28,196 nt of DNA from Actinomycetes bacterium (GCA_024275815.1 JAJRYI010000104.1:1-28196), one strand, 5' to 3'. Counted from the first letter of the stretch, positions 7,591-18,003 are shown. Numbers and translations are program-made. Notes: generated by a model from the sequence alone, not told the origin.

Positions 7591-8589
7591 GTGAAACGCC
7601 TCGCTGTGCTCGCTCTCGTGGTCGCTGTGACAGCGGTCGCCTGTTCCGCTGGGGGTGGCGGCGACGGACTGACGTTGTACTCGGGAAGGTCCGAAGACCT
7701 GGTCCAGCCTCTCATCGACCGGTTCACCGAGGAAACGGGCATCGAGGTCACGGTCAAGTACGCGGGTTCCGCCGACCTCGCCGCGACGCTCAGTGAGGAA
7801 GGCACCGGGTCTCCTGCAGACGTCTTCTTCGCTCAGGATCCGGCATCTCTCGGAACGGTGGCGCTCGCCGGTCTCCTCTCCCCGTTGCCGACCGATGTTC
7901 TTTCGAAGGTCCCGGAACGCTTCTCTGATTCCCAGGGACGATGGGTGGGGACCTCGGGGCGTGCCAGGGTCGTCGTATACGACTCGACCGCCATCGACCC
8001 GGGTGATCTGCCCGAGACGGAGGACGGGTTCACCGACCCACAATGGCGTGGCCGCGTCGGTATCGCCCCGACCAACGGATCCTTCCTCTCGTTCGTATCG
8101 GCCAAGATCCTCGTCGACGGCGAGGACGCCACGCTTCGTTGGCTCGAGGGGATGGCGAACAACGCCTCACCGACGTTCCCGAAGAACTCTGCGATCGTGG
8201 CTGCCGTCAACGATGGACAGATCGAGGTGGGCCTCGTGAACCACTACTACCTGCTGCGGGCACTCGCTGAGTCTCCCGACCTTCCCGGAGCCAACTACTT
8301 CTTCGAGGTCGCAACCCCGGGCTCTCTCGTGATGCCGGCCGGCGTTGGGATCCTCGCCTCCTCGGACAAGCAGGAGTCGGCGAAGAAGTTCGTCGAGTTC
8401 CTTCTCAGCGATGAGTCCCAGTCCTACTTCGCCACCGAGACGTTCGAGTATCCGCTCGTCCCCGACATACCTGCCAGCGAGCTGCTCCCACCCCTCGAGA
8501 CGATCCCGACACCCGATGTCGACCTCTCGATGCTGGCAACAGTTCTCGACACCGCTACCGATCTCGTCGCCCAAGCCGGACTCCTGTGA
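7591..8589 (+). CDS. fbpA: Fe3+ ABC transporter substrate-binding lipoprotein (FbpA/FutA/SfuA family)
   Basis: GTG start after AGGAG, lipobox AVAC, LYSGRSE, ADVFFAQD, GLVNHYY (tandem Tyr iron ligands), FEYPL. Confidence 0.85.
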   Translation: MKRLAVLALVVAVTAVACSAGGGGDGLTLYSGRSEDLVQPLIDRFTEETGIEVTVKYAGSADLAATLSEEGTGSPADVFFAQDPASLGTVALAGLLSPLPTDVLSKVPERFSDSQGRWVGTSGRARVVVYDSTAIDPGDLPETEDGFTDPQWRGRVGIAPTNGSFLSFVSAKILVDGEDATLRWLEGMANNASPTFPKNSAIVAAVNDGQIEVGLVNHYYLLRALAESPDLPGANYFFEVATPGSLVMPAGVGILASSDKQESAKKFVEFLLSDESQSYFATETFEYPLVPDIPASELLPPLETIPTPDVDLSMLATVLDTATDLVAQAGLL

Positions 8590-10223
8590 CAGACCCGGCG
8601 TCCGTCGTTGACGTCGAGCTCATCGCCGGGACTCCGGGGGCGGCTCCAGGAGGCGTATCGGACGCCGGACGATCGGCTCCCTGGTGGCTCTGGGTCGGTG
8701 CCCTCACCGTGCTCCTCCCCGTGGGTCTTCCCGTTCTGTTCCTGTTCCTGCGAGCGGCAGGGGCAACAGATGCCGCCTGGGATACGCTCATGTCGATTCG
8801 CACGGTGCAGTTGGTCGCAAGGAGTTTCCTTCTCACCGCTGTCGTGACGGCATCGGCGACGGCAGTCGGGGTCACGGGGGCGTGGCTGCTCGCACGCACC
8901 GACCTCTCCTTCAAGCGAGTGTGGGGGATCGTCTTCGCCATGCCTCTCGTCGTACCGTCCTACGTGTTGGCGATGGTGTTCATCTCTGCGACCGGCCCCC
9001 GGGGCCTGTTCGCCGATATGACAGGCATCACCCTCCCCCACCTCATCGGTCTCCCGGGTGCATGGCTCGCGTTGACGATCACCACCTACCCCTACGTCTA
9101 TCTCATCACGGCCGCAGCCATCCGCAAGATCGACCCCGCCCTCGAGGAGGCCGCCCGCGGTCTCGGTGCAACACCGACCCGGGTGTTCCGAACCGTGATC
9201 CTTCCCCAACTTCGCCCGGCGATCGGGGCGGGTGCGCTGCTGGCCGCCTTGTACACGCTGTCGGACTTCGGAGCCGTCTCTCTCATGCGATTCGATGCTT
9301 TCACCCGCGTCATCTACGCCCAGTACTCCGGTCGCCTGGATCGCACACCGGCGATCGTCCTGTCGATCGTGCTCATCCTCATCGCCTCGGTCATCATCTG
9401 GGGTGAGCAGCGCACACGCGGGAAGGGCAAGTACTTCTCGCGGTCGGTGACACGCCCCCCGACGCTGTACCGGCTCACCGGGCCGCAACGCATCGCAGCG
9501 ACATCGGCCATGGCGATCGTCGCCGGGATAGGGGCGATCATCCCGGTCGCCGTGCTCGTGTCGTGGGTCGTGCGTGGCGTGCGAGCCGGCTCCGACACTT
9601 CGGTCTCATGGAGCGCCGTTGGTGGATCGCTGACCGCGGGCACGATCGCAGCCGCACTCGCAATGGCCGCAGCGATCCCGATCGTCATTCTCGCTGTCCG
9701 GTTCGCGTCCCGTTCGACCCGCTGGCTCGAACGCGGCGTGTTCGGCCTCTTCTCGCTCCCCCACATCACGATCGCCATCGCCGTCGTCGCCTTCACCGTT
9801 CGCTACACACGGCCCGTGTACCAGTCGCTCCTGGTACTCGGACTCGTGTACGCAGCGATGTTCCTGGCACAAGCGACATCAGCAGCAAAGGCCGCGTTGA
9901 TCCAGGTCAACCCTGCCCTCGAAGACGCCTCTCGGTCCCTCGGACGGGGCCCGATCGCTACCTACGTGAAGGTGACGTTCCCCCTCATGGCGAAGGGGTT
10001 GCTCGCCGGTGGAGCACTCGTCTTCGTGACGACACTCAAGGAACTCCCCGCCACGCTGCTTCTGAGCCCTCCGGGGTTCACGACGCTTGCCGTAAGAATC
10101 TGGGCTGCCGCAGACGAACTCCTCTACACGAGGGCGGCAGCATCCGCTCTGCTCCTCATCGCCGTTTCGATCGTTCCGGTCTACTACCTTTCGATCAAAC
10201 CAAAGGACGCCCTCGACACATGA
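8586..10223 (+). CDS. fbpB: Fe3+ ABC transporter permease (FbpB/SfuB family)
   Basis: Duplicated permease with two EAA loops (ALEEAARGLG, ALEDASRSLG), SDFGA and LKELPATLLL motifs. GTGA overlap with fbpA. Confidence 0.85.
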   Translation: MTDPASVVDVELIAGTPGAAPGGVSDAGRSAPWWLWVGALTVLLPVGLPVLFLFLRAAGATDAAWDTLMSIRTVQLVARSFLLTAVVTASATAVGVTGAWLLARTDLSFKRVWGIVFAMPLVVPSYVLAMVFISATGPRGLFADMTGITLPHLIGLPGAWLALTITTYPYVYLITAAAIRKIDPALEEAARGLGATPTRVFRTVILPQLRPAIGAGALLAALYTLSDFGAVSLMRFDAFTRVIYAQYSGRLDRTPAIVLSIVLILIASVIIWGEQRTRGKGKYFSRSVTRPPTLYRLTGPQRIAATSAMAIVAGIGAIIPVAVLVSWVVRGVRAGSDTSVSWSAVGGSLTAGTIAAALAMAAAIPIVILAVRFASRSTRWLERGVFGLFSLPHITIAIAVVAFTVRYTRPVYQSLLVLGLVYAAMFLAQATSAAKAALIQVNPALEDASRSLGRGPIATYVKVTFPLMAKGLLAGGALVFVTTLKELPATLLLSPPGFTTLAVRIWAAADELLYTRAAASALLLIAVSIVPVYYLSIKPKDALDT

Positions 10224-11239
10224 ACGATCCCCTGATATCGGTGGAGAACGTCTCCGTCTCGTACGGTGACGCAGGTGCCCTCGATGACTTCTCACTCGAT
10301 GTGGCCCAGGGGTCACTCGTGGCGCTCGTTGGGCCGTCTGGATGTGGCAAGACCACAGCACTGCGCGTCATCGCCGGGTTCCAGCACCCCGATGAGGGAA
10401 AGGTGACGATCCACGGAACCGTCGTCGTCGGCAACGGAAAGGACGTGCCGCCCGAGAAGCGCAACGTCGGCATGGTGTTCCAGGAGTACGCCCTCTTCCC
10501 ACACATCTCGGTCGCAGAAAACGTCGGGTACGGCGTGCGCGGCGCAGACCGGATTCAACGGGTTCATGACGTCCTCAAGCTCGTCGGCCTCGAGCATCAC
10601 GGCTCACGGTTCCCCCACGAGCTCTCAGGTGGCGAACAGCAGCGGGTCGCTCTCGCCCGAGCACTTGCTCCACAACCCGACGTCGTCCTTCTCGACGAGC
10701 CCTTCTCGAACCTCGACGCTCCACAGCGCGAACGTATGCGCAGAGAACTCCGCAAGATCCTCAAGGGAGCCGGGGCTACGGCGGTGTTCGTGACACACGA
10801 CCAAGCCGAGGCTCTCGCGATCGCAGACGTGATCGCGATCATGCGTGACGGGAGGATCGTGCAGTTCGGCATCCCGGACGATGTGTACGCCGAGCCTGTC
10901 GATCCGTGGGTCGCCCGATTCCTCGGCGATGCCATCCTGCTGTCCGGTGTGGTCCAGGATGGACATGTCGCAACGATCCTCGGCAGCATCGATACCCGGC
11001 TGCCTGCAGGGTCGCATACAGACGTCATGATCCGTCCCGAGTGGATCTCGCCGCGGATCGATCCCGATGGCCGTGGCAAGGTCGTCGACCGGGAGTTCTA
11101 CGGGCACGATCAACGTGTCGAGATCGAGTTGCCCGGTGGTGAACGTATCGAAGCGCTCGTGCCGACCGCGAACCGGATGACGGTCGGCGACCGCGTCGAC
11201 CTCGAGATCGTGGACGCCATCGTGTGGGAGAAGAAGTAG
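10220..11239 (+). CDS. fbpC: Fe3+ ABC transporter ATP-binding subunit (FbpC/SfuC family)
   Basis: Walker A GPSGCGKT, signature LSGGEQQR, Walker B LLDEPF, H-loop VTHD, C-terminal TOBE-like region. ATG 10220 overlaps the permease stop. Confidence 0.88.
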   Translation: MNDPLISVENVSVSYGDAGALDDFSLDVAQGSLVALVGPSGCGKTTALRVIAGFQHPDEGKVTIHGTVVVGNGKDVPPEKRNVGMVFQEYALFPHISVAENVGYGVRGADRIQRVHDVLKLVGLEHHGSRFPHELSGGEQQRVALARALAPQPDVVLLDEPFSNLDAPQRERMRRELRKILKGAGATAVFVTHDQAEALAIADVIAIMRDGRIVQFGIPDDVYAEPVDPWVARFLGDAILLSGVVQDGHVATILGSIDTRLPAGSHTDVMIRPEWISPRIDPDGRGKVVDREFYGHDQRVEIELPGGERIEALVPTANRMTVGDRVDLEIVDAIVWEKK

Positions 11240-11242
11240 GAA

Positions 11243-11262
11243 GCAAGGTACCTGGTACTTGC
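11243..11262. terminator. Possible hairpin between convergent fbpC and bactofilin-like gene
   Basis: GCAAG(G)TAC-CTG-GTACTTGC forms an 8-bp stem with one bulge just after the fbpC stop. No U-tract. Confidence 0.3.
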
Positions 11263-11339
11263 AGGATCAGTGGGTTCGGTCGGTGAACGGACAGCTCACA
11301 GCCGGAGATCCGGGCCACTTCGCGATGCTCACGCGTCCT

Positions 11340-12791
11340 CTAGTTGCCCGGCAGGCCCCAGGTGTCGGTAGGTGACGTGGGACCACCGTCGGGCTCGTCA
11401 TCCGGGTGAGGCTCGTCCGCCTGTTCGGGTTCGTCGCTGGGCGGCTCGGTCGTGCCACTGGAGAAGCTGATGTCGTCTGGCAGCGGGGATGCATCGTCCA
11501 TCTGTTCGTCTTCTTCGTCCTCCGCCTCGACTGGCTCTGCAGCAACCTCCGGTTCCGCCTGCGGAGCGAGTGGGGGCTCCCAGTCGGGGGGGACGGTCGG
11601 GGCAACGATCAGGCTCTCCGGAAGGAGTGCAACCGGCACCGGGTCTGCCCGCCGTGTGGCGATTGCACCGAGGACCCAGGCGCCGGTGCCCCACACGAGA
11701 CCGATCACGTAGACGACTCCGCCAACGACCGGGATGAGCCAGATACCGAGACGCCAGATGACTGCACCAACGAGGAAGGCCCCGAAGAGTCCGCCTCGTT
11801 TGAGCAGGATCCGGTTGCCGAGCACCGTCACCGCGGGTATCGGGCCGATGATGAACAGTGCAATACCGACGAGCACCAGGAGCACCGCGAGCGGAATGCC
11901 GACGAGCGTGACGGCGAGGAGGGCGACACCCGCCGGCAACACGACGACCGTCACGAATCCGATGAGGAGTGACCGTATCGGGCGGGTCACGAGCGCAGCG
12001 GCTGCCCGCGTGCTCGAGCCCCGCAACACGGTGAGCACGACGATGCCGGCAACGAGGAAGCCGAAGAAGCCGATGACGTTGGCTAGGGCAAGGATGATCC
12101 CGTAGACGAAGTTGCTCTGGGTTGGGAGGCGGGTCGTCGTTCCACCGATGGCCGCGGTCGACGCTATCCCTGCTTCGACGGGGGAGCGGTACAGGACGTC
12201 ACCCTCGATCATCGCCGTGGGTCCAAGCTCGAGTTTCTGCGTCGCCACATCGAGATCTCCCCCGACGGTGCCATCGACGACGAGTCGCATCGTTCGTCCG
12301 CGGACGTCGCGTTCGACGACGCCCTCGATCCGCCCCGTCCCCGCGAAGATCATCGCATCCCTGCCGATGATTCCGGACGGCGTCACGACGACCGATGGGG
12401 CCGTGAGGAACACGTCGTCACCGACCTGCCCGCCGATCGTGGCGCTCACGGCGGTGCCTCGTAGTGATCCATCTATTCGACCGGTCGGTTCGACGACGAC
12501 GGATCCAGAGGAGAACACGGTCACCGTCCCCGTCACCGTCCCAGAGATCGTCAGGTCACCGGTGAAGATCACGAGGTCACCGTCGATGACACCGTCGATC
12601 TTGCCGGACATGGACGTGACGTAGACGTCCTCATCGACCGGATCGTCCTTACTGACGATGAACAGGTCGGTCGTGACGAGAGACGCGAACGTCGTGATCG
12701 ACGGGATCACGACGGCGAACACACCGATCAGCGCCAGAGCGAGATGTCTGGCTCTCGGGGATGGATTCTGATCAGAAAGGAAGTGCGTCAC
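11340..12791 (-). CDS. Bactofilin-like (polymer-forming cytoskeletal-type) beta-helix membrane protein with acidic Pro-rich tail
   Basis: N-terminal hydrophobic segment, about 8 imperfect G-x-(I/V)-x-G-D-(V/L) repeats, a multi-TM block and an acidic P/E/D-rich C-terminus. The start (GTG 12791) is uncertain and overlaps the nuoN stop. Confidence 0.6.
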   Translation of the reverse strand: MTHFLSDQNPSPRARHLALALIGVFAVVIPSITTFASLVTTDLFIVSKDDPVDEDVYVTSMSGKIDGVIDGDLVIFTGDLTISGTVTGTVTVFSSGSVVVEPTGRIDGSLRGTAVSATIGGQVGDDVFLTAPSVVVTPSGIIGRDAMIFAGTGRIEGVVERDVRGRTMRLVVDGTVGGDLDVATQKLELGPTAMIEGDVLYRSPVEAGIASTAAIGGTTTRLPTQSNFVYGIILALANVIGFFGFLVAGIVVLTVLRGSSTRAAAALVTRPIRSLLIGFVTVVVLPAGVALLAVTLVGIPLAVLLVLVGIALFIIGPIPAVTVLGNRILLKRGGLFGAFLVGAVIWRLGIWLIPVVGGVVYVIGLVWGTGAWVLGAIATRRADPVPVALLPESLIVAPTVPPDWEPPLAPQAEPEVAAEPVEAEDEEDEQMDDASPLPDDISFSSGTTEPPSDEPEQADEPHPDDEPDGGPTSPTDTWGLPGN

Positions 12792-14250
12792 GTACCACGT
12801 CTATGAGGATCCATGGCACGATACCGAAAACAACCGTGATCGTGGCGCTGATCACGACGGCGAACCTCGTCGAGAGACTCGGCTCGAGAACCTCTCCGGC
12901 ATCACCATCGCTCGCGAACACCGTCGCGACAACCTTGAGGTAGAAGGCAAGACCGATGACGGTAGTCAGTGTTCCCAGGATCACGAGCCATATGTACCCG
13001 ACACTGCCGGCAGCGATGAACGCGAGGACCTTGCCGACGAACCCGGCGAAGAAGGGCATCCCCGACATCCCGAACATCAGGATCGCCAACAGCCACCCGA
13101 GTTCGGGAGACCTGCGCACCAGGCCCTTGTAATCGGACATGGGTGCAGACGTCGACCCGGGGCCCGACACAGCCGACACGATGGCGAACGTCCCGACGAT
13201 CATGAACGCATAGGTCGAGACGTAGAACCACATACCGGGGATAGCGTCTGCCCCGGCGAGCAAGGCCGTGAGTAGGTACCCGGCCTGGGCGACACCCGAG
13301 TACGCAAGGAGTCGTCTCATGTCGGTCTGGACCAGGGCCATGGTGGTACCGATCACCATGGAGACGGCAGCGATGACGGCCACGATGGGGCCCCATGCAT
13401 CGATCTGGGAGAGCAACCCACCGATGAAGATGCGCCCGAAGGCGGCGAATCCTGCCACCTTGACACCGGCAGCCATCAACCCGACCGCTCCGCTTGGAGC
13501 ACCCTGATAGACGTCGGGAGCCCATTGGTGGAACGGTGCAGCCGAGATCTTGAAGAAGAGGCCGATCAACATGAGTGCCATACCGACCAGCAGGATGCCT
13601 GGCTCGGTGATGAGGTTCAGGGAGAAGAAGTACCTGATCGAGTTCGCCCCATAGATCGTCAGCGACCCCGTTGCTCCGAACGTCAAGGCTACGCCGTAGA
13701 GGAAGAGGGCAGAGGCGAGGCTGCCGAGCATGAAGTACTTGAGCGACGACTCTTCTGCGTTGATGTCGTCCCGTACGAACCCGGCGAGTATGTAGAAGCT
13801 GATCGAGGCGGTTTCGAGGCCCACGAAGATGACGAGGAGGTTCGGGCTCGCGACCATCATGTGGAGACCGGCGAACGCCAGGAGGGACAGCGTCACGAAC
13901 TCTGCCGAACGCTTCCCGATCTTGGTGACGAGATCCCATGATCCGAGGAACCCGGTGAATCCAACGAGGCCGAGAACGATCGCTGCGAAGGCTGAGTACC
14001 CATCCATGACGACCATCGGTGACTTCGTGATCTCGAGTCCGGGGGCAGAGAAGAACATCCCTCCACCGCCGTCGGCAACATCCATCCATTGGAGCACACC
14101 CACCGCACCAGCGAGCAGGAACGTGAAACCTGCCACCGGGCCCCACACCTTGCGGTTTCGATCCATCACGACCGCGACCATGAGCACCGTCAAGGCACCA
14201 ACGATCAACACGATCTCGAAGGCAACAGGAAGCCATGCTGCGTTCTGCAT
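12772..14250 (-). CDS. nuoN: NADH-quinone oxidoreductase subunit N
   Basis: IFVGLE, ESSLKYFMLGS, FKISAAPFHQWAPDVYQGAP, RLLAYSGVAQAGY, GMPFFAGFVGK. Last gene of the canonical operon. Confidence 0.93.
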   Translation of the reverse strand: MQNAAWLPVAFEIVLIVGALTVLMVAVVMDRNRKVWGPVAGFTFLLAGAVGVLQWMDVADGGGGMFFSAPGLEITKSPMVVMDGYSAFAAIVLGLVGFTGFLGSWDLVTKIGKRSAEFVTLSLLAFAGLHMMVASPNLLVIFVGLETASISFYILAGFVRDDINAEESSLKYFMLGSLASALFLYGVALTFGATGSLTIYGANSIRYFFSLNLITEPGILLVGMALMLIGLFFKISAAPFHQWAPDVYQGAPSGAVGLMAAGVKVAGFAAFGRIFIGGLLSQIDAWGPIVAVIAAVSMVIGTTMALVQTDMRRLLAYSGVAQAGYLLTALLAGADAIPGMWFYVSTYAFMIVGTFAIVSAVSGPGSTSAPMSDYKGLVRRSPELGWLLAILMFGMSGMPFFAGFVGKVLAFIAAGSVGYIWLVILGTLTTVIGLAFYLKVVATVFASDGDAGEVLEPSLSTRFAVVISATITVVFGIVPWILIDVVRDALPF

Positions 14251-15821
14251 CAGCCCTCACCTCCCTCGTGCTCGCCGGTATCGACAACGCCGTACTCGGG
14301 CACGATCACATCACCGGGCCGAGAGAACTCGGGAGCCTCGTACTGGGTGACCGCTTCGATCCGGTCGAGAACCAGCTCGATCGACGGTTCGATACGATCG
14401 AACACCGGCTTCGGATACACCCCGATGCCGAGGATGAGGACGATGAGCGGAACCATGATCAGGATCTCCCGAAAGTTGAGGTCGCGCAGCGCCTCGACCT
14501 TGGGGTTGACCTCACCGGTGAAGACGCGTTCGTACGCCCAGAGCAGGTAGATCGCAGCGAGGATCACCCCGGTTGCAGAGATGATCGCCAACACCGGGAG
14601 GGTGAAGTACGAACCCATGAGGATCGTGAACTCGCCGACGAAGCCCGACAGGCCGGGAAGACCGGCAGAAGCGAAGGCGGAGAAGAGGAAGATCCCTGCA
14701 AAGACGGGCATCACCTTGGCCAGGCCGCCGTAGTCCGCGATCTTCCTCGTGTGTGTCCGATCGTACACCATGCCGACGAGGAGGAACAGGGCGCCCGTCG
14801 TGAGGCCGTGGCTGATCATCTGGAACACCGAGCCCTACATCGCCTGGCTGGTGAGCGCGAAGATACCGAGGACGATGAAACCCATGTGCGACACCGACGA
14901 GTACGCGATGAGTCGCTTGAGGTCGGGCTGGACGATCGCCAACGCAGCACCGTAGATGATGCCTATGACACCGAGCAACGCGAGCCAGAACCCGAACTCG
15001 ACCGTCGCCTCGGGGAACAGGGACAGGTTGAAGCGCAACAAGCCGTAGGTGCCCATCTTGAGCAACACACCGGCAAGGATCACTGATCCAGCCGTCGGTG
15101 CCTCGGTGTGGGCATCAGGCAGCCACGTGTGGAACGGGAACAGCGGGACCTTGATGGCGAACGCTATGGCGAACCCGAAGAACAAGAACGTCTCCGTCGT
15201 ACGGGTGAACTCCACTCCGAGCATGTCGCGGAAGTCGAACGACGCGAGGGCGCCGACACTGTCTCCGGTGATGATGCCGAGGGCGATGATGGATGCGAGG
15301 AGGAACGCCGACCCGAAGGCTGTGAAGAGAACGAACTTCATCGAGGCGTACACCCTGTTCTCCGAACCCCACATTGCAATGAGCAGGTACATCGGGATGA
15401 GCACGATCTCGAAGAATGCGAAGAACACGAGCAGGTCGAGTGCGAGGAACACTCCGAGCACCCCGGTCTCGAGGATCAACATCAGCACCATGTACGTCTT
15501 GATCTTGTCCGTCACCGATCGCGACGCTGCGATCGATATCGGGAACAGCAGGGCCGTCAAGGCGACCATGAACAGCGAGATGCCGTCTACCCCCACACGC
15601 CATCCGAAACCGATGGTCGTGCTGAACGTCACGTTCTCCGCGAACTGGAAGCTGGCGTCTCCAACGGCGAAGTTCCACAGGATGTACCCGGCGACCACGA
15701 GAGGCATGAGCGACACGACGATCGCCAGTGGGTAGATCAGTTCCTGTCTCCGCTTGGGGACGAGGCCCACGATGAGCGCACCGAGCAGGGGCAGCGCGAT
15801 GAGGATGGCCAGAACGGGCAT
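14250..15821 (-). pseudogene. nuoM: NADH-quinone oxidoreductase subunit M interrupted by one in-frame TAG (codon 329, 14835-14837); apparent pseudogene, read-through gene or base error
   Basis: ORFs 14835-15821 and 14250-14828 share a frame: FALTSQAM*GSVFQMISHGLTTGALF. Joined length is 523 codons with all NuoM motifs (FFEIVLIP, IKVPLFPFHTWLP, LLKMGTYG, GFVGEF). TGATG overlaps at both ends. Confidence 0.9.
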
Positions 15822-17695
15822 CAGAAGCCTCCTCCGAACGCAACGAGCGCGACGATCAAGAGAACACCTGCAACGGCGATCCCTCCGGCGTAGCTGCGGA
15901 CCTGTCCGGACTGAAGCTGGCGCATACCCTCACCGCTGGAGCGCACCCCGTTGGCGAGCCCGTGTGTCACGCCATCGATCCCCTTCGGGTCGACGGTGTC
16001 GGAGAACCACTCGGAGATCTTCTTGCCGGGAGCGACCACGACCTTTCCATAGAAGTCGTCGACACCGAAGGCGTTGAGACCGGCCTTCCAGAAGCCGCCT
16101 TCTTCGACCGGAAGTTCCTCGCCGCGGTAACGCAGCCACGCCCAGACGATGCCGGCGATGGCGACGGCGACCGTGAACGTCGCGAGGGCGATCAGCAGAC
16201 CCAGTTCTACGGGCTCGGCGTGTTCGAGGAGCGCGAAGGACGGTTCGAGGAAGTGCTCGAAGGTGAGCCGGGCCGGGGTGTTGAACAACCCGGCTACGGT
16301 CGCGAACACAGCAAGGACCATCAACGGGATACCCATCGTGAGGGGAGACTCGTGCGGGTGGGTGTCCTCTGCCCAACGGGGTTTCCCGAGGAACGTCATC
16401 ACATAGAGCCTCGTCATGTAGAACGCGGTCAGCAAGGCTGCGAGAACACCGACGATCCACAAGATCATCCATGGCCCGCCCTTCTCGAACACTGCGGCAA
16501 GCACCTCGTCCTTGGACCAGAAACCGGAGAAGGGGAAGATCCCTGCAATGGCGAGCCACGCAACGGTCATCGTGATGAACGTGATCGGCATGACCTTGCG
16601 CAGGCCACCCATCTTCCGCATGTCCTGTTCGTTCGCCATCGCGTGGATGACCGACCCTGCACCGAGGAAAAGGAGGGCTTTGAAGAACGCATGGGTCGTG
16701 AGGTGGAACACGCCCGCCGTGTAGGCGCCTGCACCGACGGCAAGCACCATGTATCCGAGCTGGCTGATCGTCGAGTACGCGAGAACCTTCTTGATGTCCA
16801 TCTGGGTGACCGCGATCACGGCGGCCAACAGCGCTGTTGCGGCACCGACGGTAGCAACGACACCACCCGAGATCGGTGCGAGCTCGAAGAGAACCGCCGA
16901 TCGGGACATCATGAACACACCGGCGGTGACCATGGTGGCTGCGTGGATGAGGGCAGACACCGGTGTCGGGCCTTCCATGGCATCCGGCAACCAGATGTAG
17001 AGCGGAATCTGCGCCGACTTGCCGGTCGCTCCGAGGAATAGCAGAAGCGTGATCGCCGTCGCCGCTGCGGTGGTCAGCACTGCAGGGGCGGATGAGAAGA
17101 TCACGCCGAAGTCGAACGTGCCGAAGGCCGCGAAGATCATCATCAGAGCGACGAGGAACCCCCAGTCACCGATCCGGTTGACGATGAACGCCTTCTTGCC
17201 TGCTGCTGCAGCGGTCGGCTTCGTGAACCAGAACGAGATGAGGAGATACGACGAGAGGCCCACGAGCTCCCAACCGATGAACATGACCGCGTAGTTGGAG
17301 GCGAGAACGAGGATCATCATCGATGCGATGAAGAGGTTCAGGTACGCGAAGAAACGCGGGTACCGCTCATCCCCATGCATGTAACCGATCGAGTAGAGAT
17401 GGATCAGAGCGCCGACACCGGTGACGATCATCGTCAGGAGTGCCGACAGTGGATCCCAGAGGATCGCGATGTCGGCACCGACGATCGGGATCCAGGAGAA
17501 CAGGTAGATCGTCTCTGGAGATGCCGTCCCCGTGATGAAGGCGAGCGTCGGCATCACAGCAACACCCCAGCCGATACCGACGAGGGCGAACGCGATCCAA
17601 CCGGACAGAGGCTCACCGATCTTCTTACCGAAGAAGAGGTTCAGAGCAGCCCCGAGGAGGGGGAGAGCAACGAGGAGCCAGAGATATTCAGTCAT
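15821..17695 (-). CDS. nuoL: NADH-quinone oxidoreductase subunit L
   Basis: GWELVGLSSYLLI, KAFIVNRIGD, GKSAQIPLYIWLPDAMEGPTPVSALIHAATMV, THAFFKALLFL, GFWSKDE. Confidence 0.95.
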   Translation of the reverse strand: MTEYLWLLVALPLLGAALNLFFGKKIGEPLSGWIAFALVGIGWGVAVMPTLAFITGTASPETIYLFSWIPIVGADIAILWDPLSALLTMIVTGVGALIHLYSIGYMHGDERYPRFFAYLNLFIASMMILVLASNYAVMFIGWELVGLSSYLLISFWFTKPTAAAAGKKAFIVNRIGDWGFLVALMMIFAAFGTFDFGVIFSSAPAVLTTAAATAITLLLFLGATGKSAQIPLYIWLPDAMEGPTPVSALIHAATMVTAGVFMMSRSAVLFELAPISGGVVATVGAATALLAAVIAVTQMDIKKVLAYSTISQLGYMVLAVGAGAYTAGVFHLTTHAFFKALLFLGAGSVIHAMANEQDMRKMGGLRKVMPITFITMTVAWLAIAGIFPFSGFWSKDEVLAAVFEKGGPWMILWIVGVLAALLTAFYMTRLYVMTFLGKPRWAEDTHPHESPLTMGIPLMVLAVFATVAGLFNTPARLTFEHFLEPSFALLEHAEPVELGLLIALATFTVAVAIAGIVWAWLRYRGEELPVEEGGFWKAGLNAFGVDDFYGKVVVAPGKKISEWFSDTVDPKGIDGVTHGLANGVRSSGEGMRQLQSGQVRSYAGGIAVAGVLLIVALVAFGGGF

Positions 17696-17697
17696 CG

Positions 17698-18003
17698 CTA
17701 CCCCTTCATCTCCGCGAGCTCATCGACGTTGGCACTCACCCGTCGCCGGAAGATCGCGATGATGATCGCAAGCCCGACCGTGACCTCGGCGGCTGCGACG
17801 ACCATGACGAACAGGGCTGCGACCTGGCCCTCGATGAGACCGAGCTCTTTGCTGAGTGCAACAAAGGTCAGGTTCACCGAGTTGAGCATCAGCTCGATCG
17901 ACATGAACATCACGAGCGCGTTGCGTCGAATGAGCACGCCACCGACACCGATCGAAAAGAGTGCCGCGGCAAGCAGCAGGTACCAGGTGATCGTCACCGT
18001 CAC
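17698..18003 (-). CDS. nuoK: NADH-quinone oxidoreductase subunit K
   Basis: [31 protein letters not shown]. Confidence 0.93.
   Translation of the reverse strand: MTVTITWYLLLAAALFSIGVGGVLIRRNALVMFMSIELMLNSVNLTFVALSKELGLIEGQVAALFVMVVAAAEVTVGLAIIIAIFRRRVSANVDELAEMKG

Noticed and set aside
11237-11342. Genome-wide TAG-to-Gln reassignment (code 15)
   Set aside because: fbpC and the bactofilin-like gene both end in TAG at natural C-termini, and read-through would run far into the convergent gene.
4146-14287. Long alternative-frame and antisense ORFs (for example 4146-5360, 5640-7115, 8424-9488, 12902-14287, and the upstream extensions of 9563-11239 and 23935-25236)
   Set aside because: They are Arg/Pro/Gly-rich shadows of real high-GC genes, carry no recognisable motif and fully overlap well-supported CDSs.
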